From an uncultured delta proteobacterium (GTDB lineage Bacteria > Desulfobacterota > RBG-13-43-22), in NCBI GenBank assembly GCA_963743305.1, contig CAVUPH010000013.1, positions 1 through 64,000 of the forward strand: DNA of 64,000 nt, read 5' to 3'. The notes beneath the pieces are model-generated. The model ran no database searches, was not told the origin of the DNA, and worked only from the letters and a program-made list of their open reading frames with translations. Position numbers and translations under genes: made by a program. Of the stretch, positions 1 to 11,515 are shown one piece after another; the stretch's first letter is position 1; each line of letters starts with the position of its first letter.

Positions 1-698
1 GTGTTATGTCTACTCATTCAGTTGCGTATTATGTACTGTGTCTTGTTCTTGGGAATGCAGATTACATGACCCCCATCGGAGCGACCTTGATCGTGGGTAT
101 GGTCATTGGCATGTCGATCACACCGAAACTCGTCCGTGTCTTTGAAAAGAAAAAAGTCTTTTTCATAACGTGCATATTTGGCTCCATTTTCACTGCATTG
201 CCCTTTTTTATTGGCGGCGGCAACGTGACCCTTACCTTGATCATGTTTGGCATTAGTTTCATTTTTAGCGGTATAGGGATGGTAACCACTACTTCCCTGC
301 TTATGGACGGGATTGACTATTCCGAATGGAAACTGGGGTTCCACGGAGAAGGCGTCATTTTTGCCGCGCAAACGTTTTTGGGAAAACTTAGTTCCACGAT
401 TGCCAAACTCCTTATTGGCCTGGGCTTGGTTCTTGTGAATTATATCGAGAATGCGGAGCCCACCCCGCAATTGCAGACCGGTTTAAATGGGCTGATGTTC
501 CTCCTGCCGGCAGGCTTCTTTATCCTATCCATCATTCCGATGCTCTTCTATAACGTATCTGCCAAAAAGCAAAAAGAAATTCGAGATGAGCTTGATCAAA
601 GGCAATCCCTCATTCTAATTCTGGAAACGCAATCGATATTTAGAACGATTATTTGTGCAATAAATCTGACGATCTTGGGACTCCGTAATAGTGCGTGA
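1..698 (+). CDS. MFS/GPH-family sugar:cation symporter, C-terminal part (5' end outside window; true 3' end uncertain after ~600)
   Basis: Hydrophobic helices and GPH motif DGIDYSEWKLGFHGEG...QTFLGK. Confidence 0.8.
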   Translation, partial: VMSTHSVAYYVLCLVLGNADYMTPIGATLIVGMVIGMSITPKLVRVFEKKKVFFITCIFGSIFTALPFFIGGGNVTLTLIMFGISFIFSGIGMVTTTSLLMDGIDYSEWKLGFHGEGVIFAAQTFLGKLSSTIAKLLIGLGLVLVNYIENAEPTPQLQTGLNGLMFLLPAGFFILSIIPMLFYNVSAKKQKEIRDELDQRQSLILILETQSIFRTIICAINLTILGLRNSA

Positions 699-797
699 GC
701 TTTCTCCACGGATCTCTCCTACTATCGATCAATATAATTTTTTGGAGGGGTTTCATAAAAAAATTCCTGTGTCTATCCTGTATTTGGATTATCCTGT

Positions 798-2758
798 GTG
801 GTACCTGTGGCAGCCTGCGTCCCGGCAACCTGCCAGCTGCACCAGCACCGATCATCTCTGACCAGCATTGCCGATGTCATCGCCAAATACCGCCAGGAGA
901 TACCGCAGCAGATGAAGCAGAATAATATCCCCGGCCTGGCCATCGCGGTGGTGGATGACCAGGGCATCCTGTGGGAGGAGAGTTTTGGTTATACGGATTG
1001 GGACAACCAGACGACCGGTTACGCCTTCCACCCTTTTCTCGATCCAATCCATGTCCAAATCCTTCACCGCTACAGCCGCCATGTTCGCCGCCCAGGATGG
1101 ATTGGTTGACCTGGATGCACCCATCACCACCTACCTGCCCGATTTCCACGTCAACAGCATCTTTGAGGAGCACCCCGAGCAGAAGATGACCCTGCGCATC
1201 CTGCTCAGCCATACGGCCGGGTTTCCCCACGACACATCGTACGGCGGCAACTACGACCACCCGGCAGACTACTCTTTTGAGAAGCATATCGCCAGTATCT
1301 CGGACACCTGGTTGATGTTCCCGGTGGGCACACGCTACAGTTACTCTAATGAAGGGATCGACCTGGCCGGATACATCCTGCAGGTGCGTTCCGGCATGCC
1401 GTTCATCCAGTACGTGCAGCAGAAAGTGCTGGACCCGCTGGGCATGAAGGACAGCACGCTGGATATCAACCGGGTGCGCGCCACTGCCACGCGGGCGATT
1501 GGCCATGTGGATGTGCCCTTGCGGCCCCCGGTCGACTTCCTGATCATCCCCTCCGGCGGGGTGTGGACTTCCGCAGAGGATATGGCGCGCTACCTGCAGT
1601 TCCATATCAACGCCGGCGCTCTCGACGGAAAGCGCCTGCTGCGAGAAGATCTGGCGGCGACGATGTACACGCCGCCCAATCACCCCTCCAGCCTTGAAAA
1701 TTATGCCCTGGGGATTACCACAGGCCCGCGCAACGGGGCGATCATTATGGAACACGGAGGGGGCGGCTTTGGCTTCATTGATGATATGGCCTGGTACCCC
1801 GAGCTGAAGCTGGGAGCGGTTGTGCTCACCAATGCGCACCAATCACAGTCTTATGCTTTCCAATTGAATATGAATGTGTTGGATAACATTATCGGCGGCA
1901 ATATTCCCCTTTATCGCCAACGCTATCTCAACGCTGCCCATCCATCCCCGGCTTACCCGGCGGAGATAAATGGTAACAATCTATCTGATGATGCTTTACA
2001 AAAGCTGATCCAGGGCAAGGCAATGCCGGAGGATGCGGCCACCTTTCAGCGCAGAAGCGGCCTACGCAGGGACCTATATTGTTTCCTCCATGGGGTTCCC
2101 GGGGGAAACGTTCGAGATCACGGACTCGAACGGTGAGCTGGCCTGGTCTTACCAGGGCGGGATGAGCCAGTATCGCAAGAACGGCACGCTGACCGAAGTG
2201 GAGCCGGGCTTATTTTTCTCTGAAAACGGCAGTCTCTTTGACCTGCGCGGGCCGGTCCCGATGATTGACAACATCCCTCTGGTCAAGGCAAATCCCCAGG
2301 CGCTGCCCTTCAAGATCTGCCTGCTATGCCATCTGCGGGTTTATTTTCCTATCAGCCCTGTTCTTCTGGCCTGTACGCGCCCTGATCCGCAAAATTCGGA
2401 GAAAAAGCGCTCCGGATAGAGGCAGGTATCCTGCACCCGCAGCGTAACATCTGGCTGGCGAAGCGTGGTCGGGTGGGTTAGCCGCTCTTGGCCTCACTCT
2501 TCAGCTTGTTCTGTCTGGCGATCATTGCTATCGCTCCAAACCTGGTTTACTTTCCCTGGCCGCTTCCGTACGTCTGACTTGCTCTGGTGGCAGTATGCCC
2601 TGTCTGGACTTGCCGTTCGCCAGTCTCCTGTTAGCGGTCGGGGTCATCCTGATGGCGGTTCTTTTTAAGAGAAGTTACGCCAGGCGCGTGCCATACGCTG
2701 TTATCACTTCGTGGTTGGCCTGGCGCTGATCGCCTTCAATTTGGTAATCCTTCTATAA
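798..2758 (+). CDS. Serine hydrolase, beta-lactamase class C family, with C-terminal membrane segments; split over several frames
   Basis: IPGLAIAVV, FSIQSMSK (SxxK), LLSHTAG, YSYSN and HGG motifs across ORFs 798-1109, 955-2136, 2033-2419 and downstream fragments. Confidence 0.8.
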
Positions 2759-2826
2759 CAGGCATTTCTTTCAAGATCCGAATTAATTATCATCTCTGTT
2801 TTTCCTGATTAGCACAAGATGAAACG

Positions 2827-3017
2827 ATGTCCACAAGCAATTTGCCCTTAGTCCATTTTCATATGAAACGCCTTTCAATCGTGGTCAGTATCATCGTTTT
2901 TCTGGTGGTGGCGGTATTGCCCTTCCATATCGCATCGGCAAGAGCAGAACCTGATTTTGCTGCTATGGATGCATATAGTCAACAGCAATATGAAGAATGA
3001 TCACCTTCCGGGCGTCT
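2827..3017 (+). pseudogene. N-terminal remnant of a second secreted serine hydrolase
   Basis: Signal peptide MKRLSIVV..ASARA, then EPDFAAMDAY..MKNDHLPGV, which runs into the repeat unit. Confidence 0.5.
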
Positions 3018-3171
3018 TTATTCAGTTGCGGGGGCTGGACTCGCAAAGTCCCCCTGGGGGAAACCAGCGCCTTGAATTAAAAGACGCCCTTCCGGGCGTC
3101 TTTACTTAGTTGCGGGGGCTGGACTCGCAGAGTCCCCCTTGGGGGAAACCAGCGACCTCCAGGTTATGAGC
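3004..3171 (-). repeat. Distal tRNA-fMet 3'-end repeats (2 units, 84-bp spacing); att-like duplication
   Basis: Matches the tRNA at 11516-11587 from the anticodon arm to the acceptor end, with an 18-19 nt hairpin insert in the T-loop and the same terminator. Confidence 0.9.
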
Positions 3172-3364
3172 AACAACACTGATTTCGCATCACCCGCCCT
3201 CAGTCTCACTTATTTTGACCGGTTTTTGGACCTGCGGGGTAACCGAACCTGAAGATCTTTGATTGGATTACAGGAAACCTCTTTTGGGCCAGAAGAACAG
3301 ACGTTAAGACTATAACATTAAACCAACATCGCTATACATTCAGCTAATGAGACACTTCGCCGGG

Positions 3365-4132
3365 CTAGCCTACGTTCAATGGTCCGGCGGCTGTACTGGA
3401 CACCTCCTGATGTGCGACATCACGAAGGGTTTGGATAAACAGACTCAACAATTGGGAAATCAGTTCGTCCAGCCCTTGATCGGCGAAATGGATCTTCTGC
3501 TCGATGCCCGCGGCCCAATTGACCGAAAAACAGACAGCTGCGAAACACAAATCTCTTTCTTTGGACAATACCACCTCGGGAACCGCCGTCATACCAACGA
3601 CATCCCCTCCCAGTTTTTCATACATCCTGATTTCAGCCGGGCTTTCCAATCGCGGTCCATTCGTACAAACATATGTGCCAGAAGGCTTTATGTCAAGCCC
3701 GAGCTGGGTTGCTTTGTCCAATAACGCTGCCCGCAAAAACGGGCAGAAAGGCTCACTCATTTCTACATGCCTCACTTTATTTACCCCGTCGTCAAAAAAA
3801 GTCGCATCGCGGCCTGAGGTAAAATCAATAAAGTCGTTGATCGCTACCAGTTCCAGTGGATGGATCTGCCGGTTGATCGAACCGACCGCGTATGCGGCTA
3901 AAACGTACTTGACGCCCAAGTCAGCCAGAGCCTGAACATTAGCCCTGTAATTGACCTTGTGGGGCGGTATGGTATGTTGGAGACCGTGCCGAGGTAGAAA
4001 AACCAAGTCCTTATTTTCACCCTTTCCAAGCCAAACCGACGCCGTCCCATAGGCTGTCTGAATGGTTTTTTCTTCCATCTCGATCTCGGGTATGTTGTAG
4101 ATGGCAGTCCCAGCGATGATGGCGACCGGCAT
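3365..4132 (-). CDS. mtnP: MTAP-family purine nucleoside phosphorylase (methylthioadenosine/methylthioinosine phosphorylase)
   Basis: FLPRHG..HTIPPHKVNYRAN, GPRLES, DVVGMT and VNWAAG motifs. Confidence 0.85.
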   Translation of the reverse strand: MPVAIIAGTAIYNIPEIEMEEKTIQTAYGTASVWLGKGENKDLVFLPRHGLQHTIPPHKVNYRANVQALADLGVKYVLAAYAVGSINRQIHPLELVAINDFIDFTSGRDATFFDDGVNKVRHVEMSEPFCPFLRAALLDKATQLGLDIKPSGTYVCTNGPRLESPAEIRMYEKLGGDVVGMTAVPEVVLSKERDLCFAAVCFSVNWAAGIEQKIHFADQGLDELISQLLSLFIQTLRDVAHQEVSSTAAGPLNVG

Positions 4133-4182
4133 AATTCGTTCCTCCTCGTAGACCCCTGCTAGTGGCCTGGACTCATATCTGA

Positions 4183-5558
4183 TTAGAGAGCCAGCCTGCA
4201 GGTCAGTCGATCATTCGGTGTACCCATTTCTTGAAGCCACTGTGCATATTCCTTGTGCATCGCTTTGACAATGCCCTGGTTTTCTTCAGCCAAGTTCGTT
4301 GTATGCCCCGGATCTGTCTTCGCATTGTATAGCTCAACCGGTTCGCCTGTGACCGAATAGAGCATATCCCATTCCCCATTCGTAATCGTGCTTGGGGAAA
4401 GTTCCAACACTTTTCTTGGCTGGTCATCCACGATTTTTTGGATTACCCCAACTGTTTCAAGTGACCCGGAAGTAACCACGAAATCGTGTATCTTGCCCCC
4501 ATTTTTATTCACTAACGGGAGCAATGATTTTGATCGGACTGCATCTGGAATTGGGGCTCCTGCAAGTTCGAGGATCGTTGGAGTAATATCCGGGACGCTT
4601 GCCAGTTCATTTATCCGCTTGTGACCCTCTCCCGGAATGTGGATGATCAGTGGAATATGGCTCAATTCCCTGTGGAGCGGGGAGCGATAGGAAAATTGAT
4701 CTCCCATTTTATACCCCTTGATAAATCCATCTTCAAAGCGTACATTTCCGGGCCATCGAAACCTGGTTTTACCAAACATGTCAAATTCGCCAAAATAAAA
4801 TCCGTGATCAGTTGTAAATATAACCACGGTGTTTTCTGACAACCCAAGAGTTTTCAGCCGCTCCATGAATAGGCCCATCCAGCGGTCCACCATGGTAATC
4901 TCGCCGTAATAGCAAGCGCGGGCAATTGCCAAATCTTTTTCGGTATAACCGTCTTCCTTCCAATTCCAATAATTCGGATCAACGATTTCTCCGGCATAGT
5001 CCGGATAATATGGTTTTACATAATGCTCAGGTGGGTCCCACGGTTCATGCGGGTCCCAGGTATCGATGTACAGGAAGAATGGTTCCCCGTGATGACGTTC
5101 CAGCCAATCGATGGCAGTTTTAAAAGTGCGCGGCGCAAAGTAATCCTCTTCTTTTTTCCTCAGCCTGACCACATCATCGTGTTCAGGACCAGAGCGTTGG
5201 CCTCGGATCCAAATAAACTCATTAACCCGCGATCGTAACCATACCCATTCCTGACCAGGAATGGGGTATCTGCAATCCCCGTTGTAAGCATGCCGGCTTC
5301 ACTCAGCTGCCCGGCAAGCGTTATCTCGTTTTGGGGGAGCGGACCCCAGCCCATGTATGTAAATGTGTATTTCCCGGTCATGATATCTGCTCGGGCCGGG
5401 ACTGTCGGAAAAGAACCCGCATAAAAGTTGTCGAAGATCAACGATCTCTCAGCAAATGCAGATAAATTAGGAGCAATGATGTTTTTGTTTCCAAAACAAG
5501 GCAGGGAATCCCTACGCAGGGTATCAGAGATGATGAGAACGATGTTAAGTTTCTTCAT
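4183..5558 (-). CDS. Sulfatase-like hydrolase, alkaline phosphatase superfamily (frameshift near 5170-5230)
   Basis: NIVLIISDTLRRD, FPTVPARADIMTG, DPHEPWDPP and TDHG motifs in ORFs 5160-5558 and 4183-5172. Confidence 0.85.
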
Positions 5559-5570
5559 GATTCCATCTCC

Positions 5571-6883
5571 TCAATTTATCGTTTTATTGATCCGTTCAGC
5601 ACATTGCAGGCCCGAGGCAAGGGCTGAACCTGCACTTCCCATAATCAGGTAGTCACCACAAAAATGGACCGGGGTTTCCTGTGAAGCTTCTTTAAAAGTC
5701 TTGAGTGCATTCAAATATCCGGGGCGAAAAGTTGGCACCTTGCGTGGCCAGCGGAATACCAGTGTATCTTTTACATGGCCTTCAAATGCGGGCTCAAGCC
5801 GGATCGCTTCCTTAATAACCATGCCGGTAAATTCTTCATTTGACATTTCAGGCTGGTAAATCCCAGCTTTTAGCGCCCCCATAGCCCTGATGCGGCCATC
5901 GGGTTGGCGTTCCCACCCGATCACGGAGGTCTTCCAGGGCTCTTTGCCAGGGAAAAACAGCCTCCCCGATCGAGCGCAGGATCGCCCCCTTCCAGGAACA
6001 TAAATAACTTGGCTGAATTTGAATAGTGAACATTCTGGAAAAATGATCTCCAGGCTGGCTGGGGATCTTCAAACAGGTCCAGCACAGAGTCCCCGGGAAC
6101 GGAGACGACTACCAGGTCAGCATCAAGTCTGCTTGTTTCGCCATGCAAACGGTAATTTACGGTCGCCCCTCTTTCTCCTGGATGATATTCAATCCGTGTA
6201 ACAGGTGCATCATATTCGACACTGAGAGAATCTGCCAATAATTGTGGGAGAAAACCGATCCCTGTCTTGAAAGAATAGGTTTTGGTCGACAGGTAACTCA
6301 CATATGACAGGAGCAACATTTTTCCGGAATAGTCACTGGGAAGATATGAACACATCACATCCCAAGTTGGTTGAGCCCAATAATCGAACATTTCCTGGTT
6401 TATCTTTTTGTCAAAAAACTCTTCCATGGTTTCAGTATCCTCACCCGGGGCAAGTTCCGGATGGTAAGGATCTGAATTGCGATATTTCCAAAAATGGGGC
6501 AGCAATTTGACCATCGACAATCTCGCCTTCAGCGAAACCCCAGACCATCGAAGGTAGGAGAGCAGGGACATAAAATTGACATTATGCTGCCGGTCTTTGC
6601 GCATGATATTCACACGAAAGCCAACATTTTCTTGTCGGAAGGGGGTTAATTGATCGCGAACGCCCAACTCATCCACCAAGTCGAACAGGAATTTATCCCG
6701 GCTCGTCAGGAAGGACGCGCCCGGGTCGATCTGGAAACCCTGCCAGTTGATGGTGATCATGCGCCCCCCCGCTGTTTTGCCTGCCTCCAGTACCTTTACC
6801 CTGTGTCCGGCTTGCTTCAAGTAGTAGGCTGCAGTTAGACCAGAGATCCCTGCCCCAACGACAACAATATCGCAACTCCTCAT
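5571..6883 (-). CDS. FAD-dependent oxidoreductase, amine oxidase/protoporphyrinogen oxidase-like (frameshift near 5930-5970)
   Basis: N-terminal VVVGAGISGLTAA..EA..GGR and C-terminal FCGDY..SG. Confidence 0.8.
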
Positions 6884-6915
6884 AAAACCGCCTCCTTTGA
6901 TGAGAAAAGTGATTT

Positions 6916-6955
6916 AACATTATAACATACGTATGTTATAATGTTTGTATATACA
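6916..6955. promoter_or_regulatory. Divergent promoter: perfect 30-bp palindrome plus HutC/GntR-type box TGTATATACA
   Basis: AACATTATAACATAC-GTATGTTATAATGTT at 6916-6945; TGTATATACA at 6946-6955; GntR gene in the same cluster. Confidence 0.6.
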
Positions 6956-7000
6956 TTTTCAAGTTTCCTTATCCCGGTCACTGAAATTGGAGGCATAACC

Positions 7001-8342
7001 ATGGCAGAAAAAGTGCTTGGATCGAATCAATCTGCACCCAAAGTGAAAGGTCGCTGGCGCACCGTATTTGCTCTTTCAACCGGGTTCTTTGTGGATAATT
7101 TGGAAAATTACACCCTGGAAACTCTGTGGCCATACATGTATGCAGCCATGGGTTGGACAATTGGTCAGCTTGGTCCAATCACAGGTATTGTCCGCGCCGA
7201 AAGGGTCCTTACGACCCCTATCTGGGGGTTCCTTGCTGACAGGTATCCACGCAAAATCCTGCTGGTGCTGATGACGGGCATTTGGGGATTATGGACGGCG
7301 ACCATAGGATTGGTGACTTCATTTTCCCAGCTGTTATGGATCCGCATTATATCCTCCATCGGCCTGACTGCCTTTTGGCCGATCGCCTTCTCGCTTCTTG
7401 GTGATCTTTTCCCTAGCAGGGAACGCGGGCGGGCATCCAGCGTGATGTCGGTGATTGGATTTACCGGGAACTTGATCTCGTTTATCATCTTGCCGGTCCT
7501 TGCTGGAACGGGAGGGGAAGGCTGGAGAATTGGTTTCATTGTCATGGGTGTGGCAAGTGCGGTCAGTGGATTGATCATGTTATTCGTGGTGGATCCCCCG
7601 CCGCGGTTCTGCAGAAGTTGAATTGTCCGATCTTGTCGCCTCGAAAGGTGGCGACACGTTGAAATTCAAATGGTCCCTGCTACCGCAACTGATCAAGATC
7701 AGGTCCTGGCTCATGCTCCTGTTCCATTACCTCTCCTTCGCGATCGGTGGCTCAATCCTTTTCGCGTTCCTGTTCACCTGGCTGAACACGCTTTCTTATT
7801 CCCAGGCGGTTATCCTGGGGGTGACGCCGTTGTTGTTTCTCGGATCCCTGGTCGCCTATGCGGCCTCAGGGTTCATCTCGGATAAATGTGAGGATAAATG
7901 GCCCAACTCCGGGCGATACTACCTTGGATTGATCTCCCTGTTTATGATCATTATCGGACAGATTGGGTTCATCCTGCTGGGAGGGGCGTCGATCGCTGCC
8001 CTGTATTTCTTTGGTTTCCTCACCGGGATCGGTATCGGCAGCATTGAAACCGGCGTCAGGGTTCCCCTTTCCCAGAACGTTCTGCCTCCGGAATTACGCG
8101 CCACCGGTCGCGGGTTGCTGGATATGGTGGTGGCCGGCTCCGGAGCCCTGGCACTGATCATTTTTGGCGTGCTGCTGGACAACTCCGGGCTGACATTCAC
8201 CATGCTTCTGTTGGTCATACCGGTGGCAGTTTTTATTAGCACTTTGTTTTGGCTGCCGATATTAAAGTCATACCCCAGGGATCGCGATTCCTTGCATGAC
8301 AGGTTGGCCGGACAAAGAGAGGAAATATTAAAAACCAGATAA
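7001..8342 (+). CDS. MFS transporter (frameshift near 7600)
   Basis: WGFLADRYPRK motif A and DLFPSRERGRA; two half-ORFs. Confidence 0.85.
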
Positions 8343-8422
8343 ACTGGTAGGTGGATGAGCAGGCAGGTCGAATTTCGCCCTTCCGTCGATCCTGCCGCTG
8401 ATCTCCTCAAAGATATGGAAAT

Positions 8423-9163
8423 ATGGAAGACACACAAATAAACTCCGACTCTTTCACTCCTTTATATGAGCAGGTCCGCTTGAAGTTAATGGAGCAGATA
8501 ACCAGTGGATTATGGGACGATGGCAGCCCGCTTCCAACTGAACTGAAACTTGCTGAAAATTTTGGGGTCAGCCGCATGACCATTCGCCAGGCGGTTTCCG
8601 AGATCGTCAGAAGCGGTTATCTATATCGGAAGCAGGGGAAAGGCACCTTTATCCGGAATAGGGATGTTCATTACCTGCTGGGCGGGGCGCATAATTTTCA
8701 AAAGAACGCCTTGGCGATGGGAAAAGTAGCCAGGACCGAGATCATTGTCAATGAATGGCACGTTGCAGATGAGATAGTCGCCGGATATTTAAACCTCACG
8801 ACCGGGGAACGCTATCTATTCATCAAGTTATTAAGATACTTGGATGATGAGGTTGTCGGCTGGCAAACGATCCACGTAGCCCCAGAAATTGGAAACCTGG
8901 TTGATCTGGGCGCGCTCGCTGAAAAGCATGCCCTTAATCCTCTTTTGCGGGTTATGGGGAGAGGCGTGGCAGAATCCCATGTTGTTCAGGGTGCACGCCT
9001 GGCAGAGGCAGTCGATATTGAATTATTGAACTGCGCGCCCAATTCCCCGATCCTTTACTCGAATTACACTGAATATGGAGCTGAGGGAAAGACCTACTCT
9101 TATTCTGAAGTGGCGTTTCGGGCAGACAGATTTAGATGGGTCTTTAAAGTAGTTGGTTCTTAG
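8423..9163 (+). CDS. GntR-family (HutC/UTRA) transcriptional regulator
   Basis: PLYEQV..LPTELKLAENFGVSRMTIRQA..QGKGTF and C-terminal FRADRF. Confidence 0.93.
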   Translation: MEDTQINSDSFTPLYEQVRLKLMEQITSGLWDDGSPLPTELKLAENFGVSRMTIRQAVSEIVRSGYLYRKQGKGTFIRNRDVHYLLGGAHNFQKNALAMGKVARTEIIVNEWHVADEIVAGYLNLTTGERYLFIKLLRYLDDEVVGWQTIHVAPEIGNLVDLGALAEKHALNPLLRVMGRGVAESHVVQGARLAEAVDIELLNCAPNSPILYSNYTEYGAEGKTYSYSEVAFRADRFRWVFKVVGS

Positions 9164-9189
9164 AAAGACATATTTCTTGGGAGAGTAAA

Positions 9190-10617
9190 TTGGAGAAATT
9201 TTTAATTTCTCACGGAACGATCCTGACCGTCGATGAGAACGATACGATCATTGAAGATGGGGCGATCGCAGTTGATCAAGGGTGCATCATGGCAACCGGT
9301 GCTGCGAAAGATCTGGTCCAGCGCTACCCAGACTTTCCACAAATGGACGCCGCTGGCATGGTGGTAATGCCAGGGCTGGTAAACGCCCACACGCACCTGG
9401 GTGCGACCATCCTGAGGGGAATATCGGACGATGTGGATGGGATGGAGTGGATGCCGTTGAACTGGTCTGTAACTAAACATGTCAGCAAAGACGATTTATA
9501 CCTGTCAGCCATGCTTGGGATCTCAGAGATGATTGCCAGCGGCACAACCTGTTTTAACGACAGCTACCAGGACATCGAACAAACCGCCCGCGCTGTGGAG
9601 GAAACCGGCATCCGAGCCGATCTTGCGGCTGGTTTAACCGAGAGAAACGGAAAGAAAGATGCCCAACGCCTGCTGGATGCGGCTCGATCTTTTGCCGCTG
9701 CCTGGCACGGAAAGGCCAATGGACGCATTCGGGCGCGCTTGGGTCCGCATGCCCTCTATACCTGTTCCACGGACTATATTTTGCGTGCCCGCCAGGTGGC
9801 AGATGACCTGAAGGTGGGTATGCACATGCACCTGGCAGAATCCCCACTTGAAATGAAAATGGTCAAGAATAAGGCCGGTGAAACTTCCGTGCAGCATCTC
9901 CACGCATTGGGTGTGCTCAAGCCGGATTTTCTCATTGCCCATGCTCTTACCATCAACCAGGCTGACATTAATATCATCTCGAAGGTGGGTTCAGGAATAG
10001 CCCATTGCCCGCAATCCCTCGGAAAACTGGGGGCATACCCGTTTCCATCTGTGGATACCTGGATCCAGGCAGGTATCAACGTTGGGATTGGAACGGATGG
10101 TGTAGCCAGTAACAATAACCTGGACCTGTTCGAGGAATTGCGCTTCGCGGCCCTGACGCGTAAACTCTTCGCACGCGATGGCAGGGTGCTGCCTGCCAGA
10201 CAGGTCATTCGCATGGCTACCATCATGGGGGCAAAAGCGTTGGGGTTGGGGGATAAGATCGGATCCCTGGAAGTGGGGAAAAAGGCGGATATTATTCTGA
10301 TAGATGCTCAAAAACCGCATCTAACGCCCTTTCATAACATTCCGGGGCTGTTGGCATATAGCGCACTCGGCCAGGATGTGGATACCGTGATAGTAGACGG
10401 CCAGGTGTTGATGCAGGATAGGCAATTCACCACGCTGGATGTTGCAGATATTATCAAGCGCATTCAATTCGCATTCAAAGGGTTACTAAAGAGAGCCGGG
10501 TGGAAATTCAGTCTTTCCGAGCCTGAACAAAGCATGGCTACCGCATTGAAACTCAAGGCAACCCAGCGATCTTTACAGATCTTTCAATCCCTTATCGAGA
10601 AAGAAGAAAAAAAATAG
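9190..10617 (+). CDS. mtaD: Amidohydrolase, 5-methylthioadenosine/S-adenosylhomocysteine deaminase-like
   Basis: PGLVNAHTH, GPHALYTCS, HMHLAES, GIGTDGVASNNNLDLFEE and GSLEVGKKADII. Confidence 0.8.
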   Translation: MEKFLISHGTILTVDENDTIIEDGAIAVDQGCIMATGAAKDLVQRYPDFPQMDAAGMVVMPGLVNAHTHLGATILRGISDDVDGMEWMPLNWSVTKHVSKDDLYLSAMLGISEMIASGTTCFNDSYQDIEQTARAVEETGIRADLAAGLTERNGKKDAQRLLDAARSFAAAWHGKANGRIRARLGPHALYTCSTDYILRARQVADDLKVGMHMHLAESPLEMKMVKNKAGETSVQHLHALGVLKPDFLIAHALTINQADINIISKVGSGIAHCPQSLGKLGAYPFPSVDTWIQAGINVGIGTDGVASNNNLDLFEELRFAALTRKLFARDGRVLPARQVIRMATIMGAKALGLGDKIGSLEVGKKADIILIDAQKPHLTPFHNIPGLLAYSALGQDVDTVIVDGQVLMQDRQFTTLDVADIIKRIQFAFKGLLKRAGWKFSLSEPEQSMATALKLKATQRSLQIFQSLIEKEEKK

Positions 10618-10769
10618 CTGTTGAATCGGGAACAACGGTGATCTGTTCCGGATGTTCATATAACGGTCACCCCAGAGCAACAGCGAGGCATTCAATTGGA
10701 TGGATAGTGCTGTCAAGCCTGAAGTGTTTGGCGGTATCTCATTGGACAAGTACTGTCGAGGAATAAAAT

Positions 10770-11162
10770 ATGACTGGCCTGTTATCGATTGTCACCCTCA
10801 TGGTGATCGGCATGATCAGCGGTGTTTTATCCGGTTTTTTCGGAATTGGAGGCGGGGTGATCCTTGTACCAGCCTTGATAATCCTCATGGGCTTCTCCCA
10901 ACAAAAAGCGGCGGGTACCAGCCTGGCGGTATTAATCCTCCCCCTTGGTTTGGCTGCCGTGCTGGAGTACTTTCAGTATAATTTTGTGGATCTCCGTTCA
11001 GCATTGATCATTGCTCCGCTGTTCATACTGGGGGCATGGGTGGGAGCAAAATTCGCGACTAAACTCCCCGGCTCGGTCCTGCAATTGGCATTTGGAATCT
11101 TTGTTTTAATCCTTGGTTCCTACCTGATTATTGGAGCAGTAAAGAAACTGGGTTGGATGTAA
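10770..11162 (+). CDS. Half-size TauE/SafE (TSUP) family permease
   Basis: SGFFGIGGGVILVP..QQKAAGTSL. Confidence 0.85.
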   Translation: MTGLLSIVTLMVIGMISGVLSGFFGIGGGVILVPALIILMGFSQQKAAGTSLAVLILPLGLAAVLEYFQYNFVDLRSALIIAPLFILGAWVGAKFATKLPGSVLQLAFGIFVLILGSYLIIGAVKKLGWM

Positions 11163-11366
11163 GACAACAATCAATTCACTTTTATCGGCCTTCCCACAAT
11201 CTTTAGTGCCTCACTACAAAGGTTGGTGTGCCTCAGCGCCATGCTGCAATTATGGCTCACACAAGTCAATTCTGGGATGCCAATTGACTTTTAACACTTG
11301 ATCATTCCACCAAATACGAGCGGTCCCGACAATTATTCCATCGGGAGTATCCGCCGGCACAGGATT

Positions 11367-11515
11367 GGGGGGGAAACCAGCGCCTTGAATCAAAAGACAC
11401 CCTCATGGCTATGGGGCGTCTTTTCTTAGTTGCGGGGGCTGGAACTCGCAGAGTCCCCCCTGGGGGAAACCAGCGCCTTGAATTAAAAGACGCCCTTCCG
11501 GGCGTCTTTTCTTAG
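11367..11515 (-). repeat. Proximal tRNA 3'-end/terminator tandem repeats (one full unit, 86-bp spacing, plus a truncated unit)
   Basis: Same unit as at 3004-3171. Confidence 0.9.
11485..11510 (-). terminator. Intrinsic terminator of tRNA-fMet
   Basis: AAAAGACGCCC-TTCC-GGGCGTCTTTT. Confidence 0.85.

Noticed and set aside
3004-3171. CRISPR array interpretation of the ~85-bp repeats (also 11367-11515)
   Set aside because: There are no unique spacers, the units derive from the tRNA and its terminator, and no cas genes are present.
3110-3171. Second functional or intron-containing tRNA-Met
   Set aside because: It lacks the 5' half (acceptor 5' strand and D-arm).
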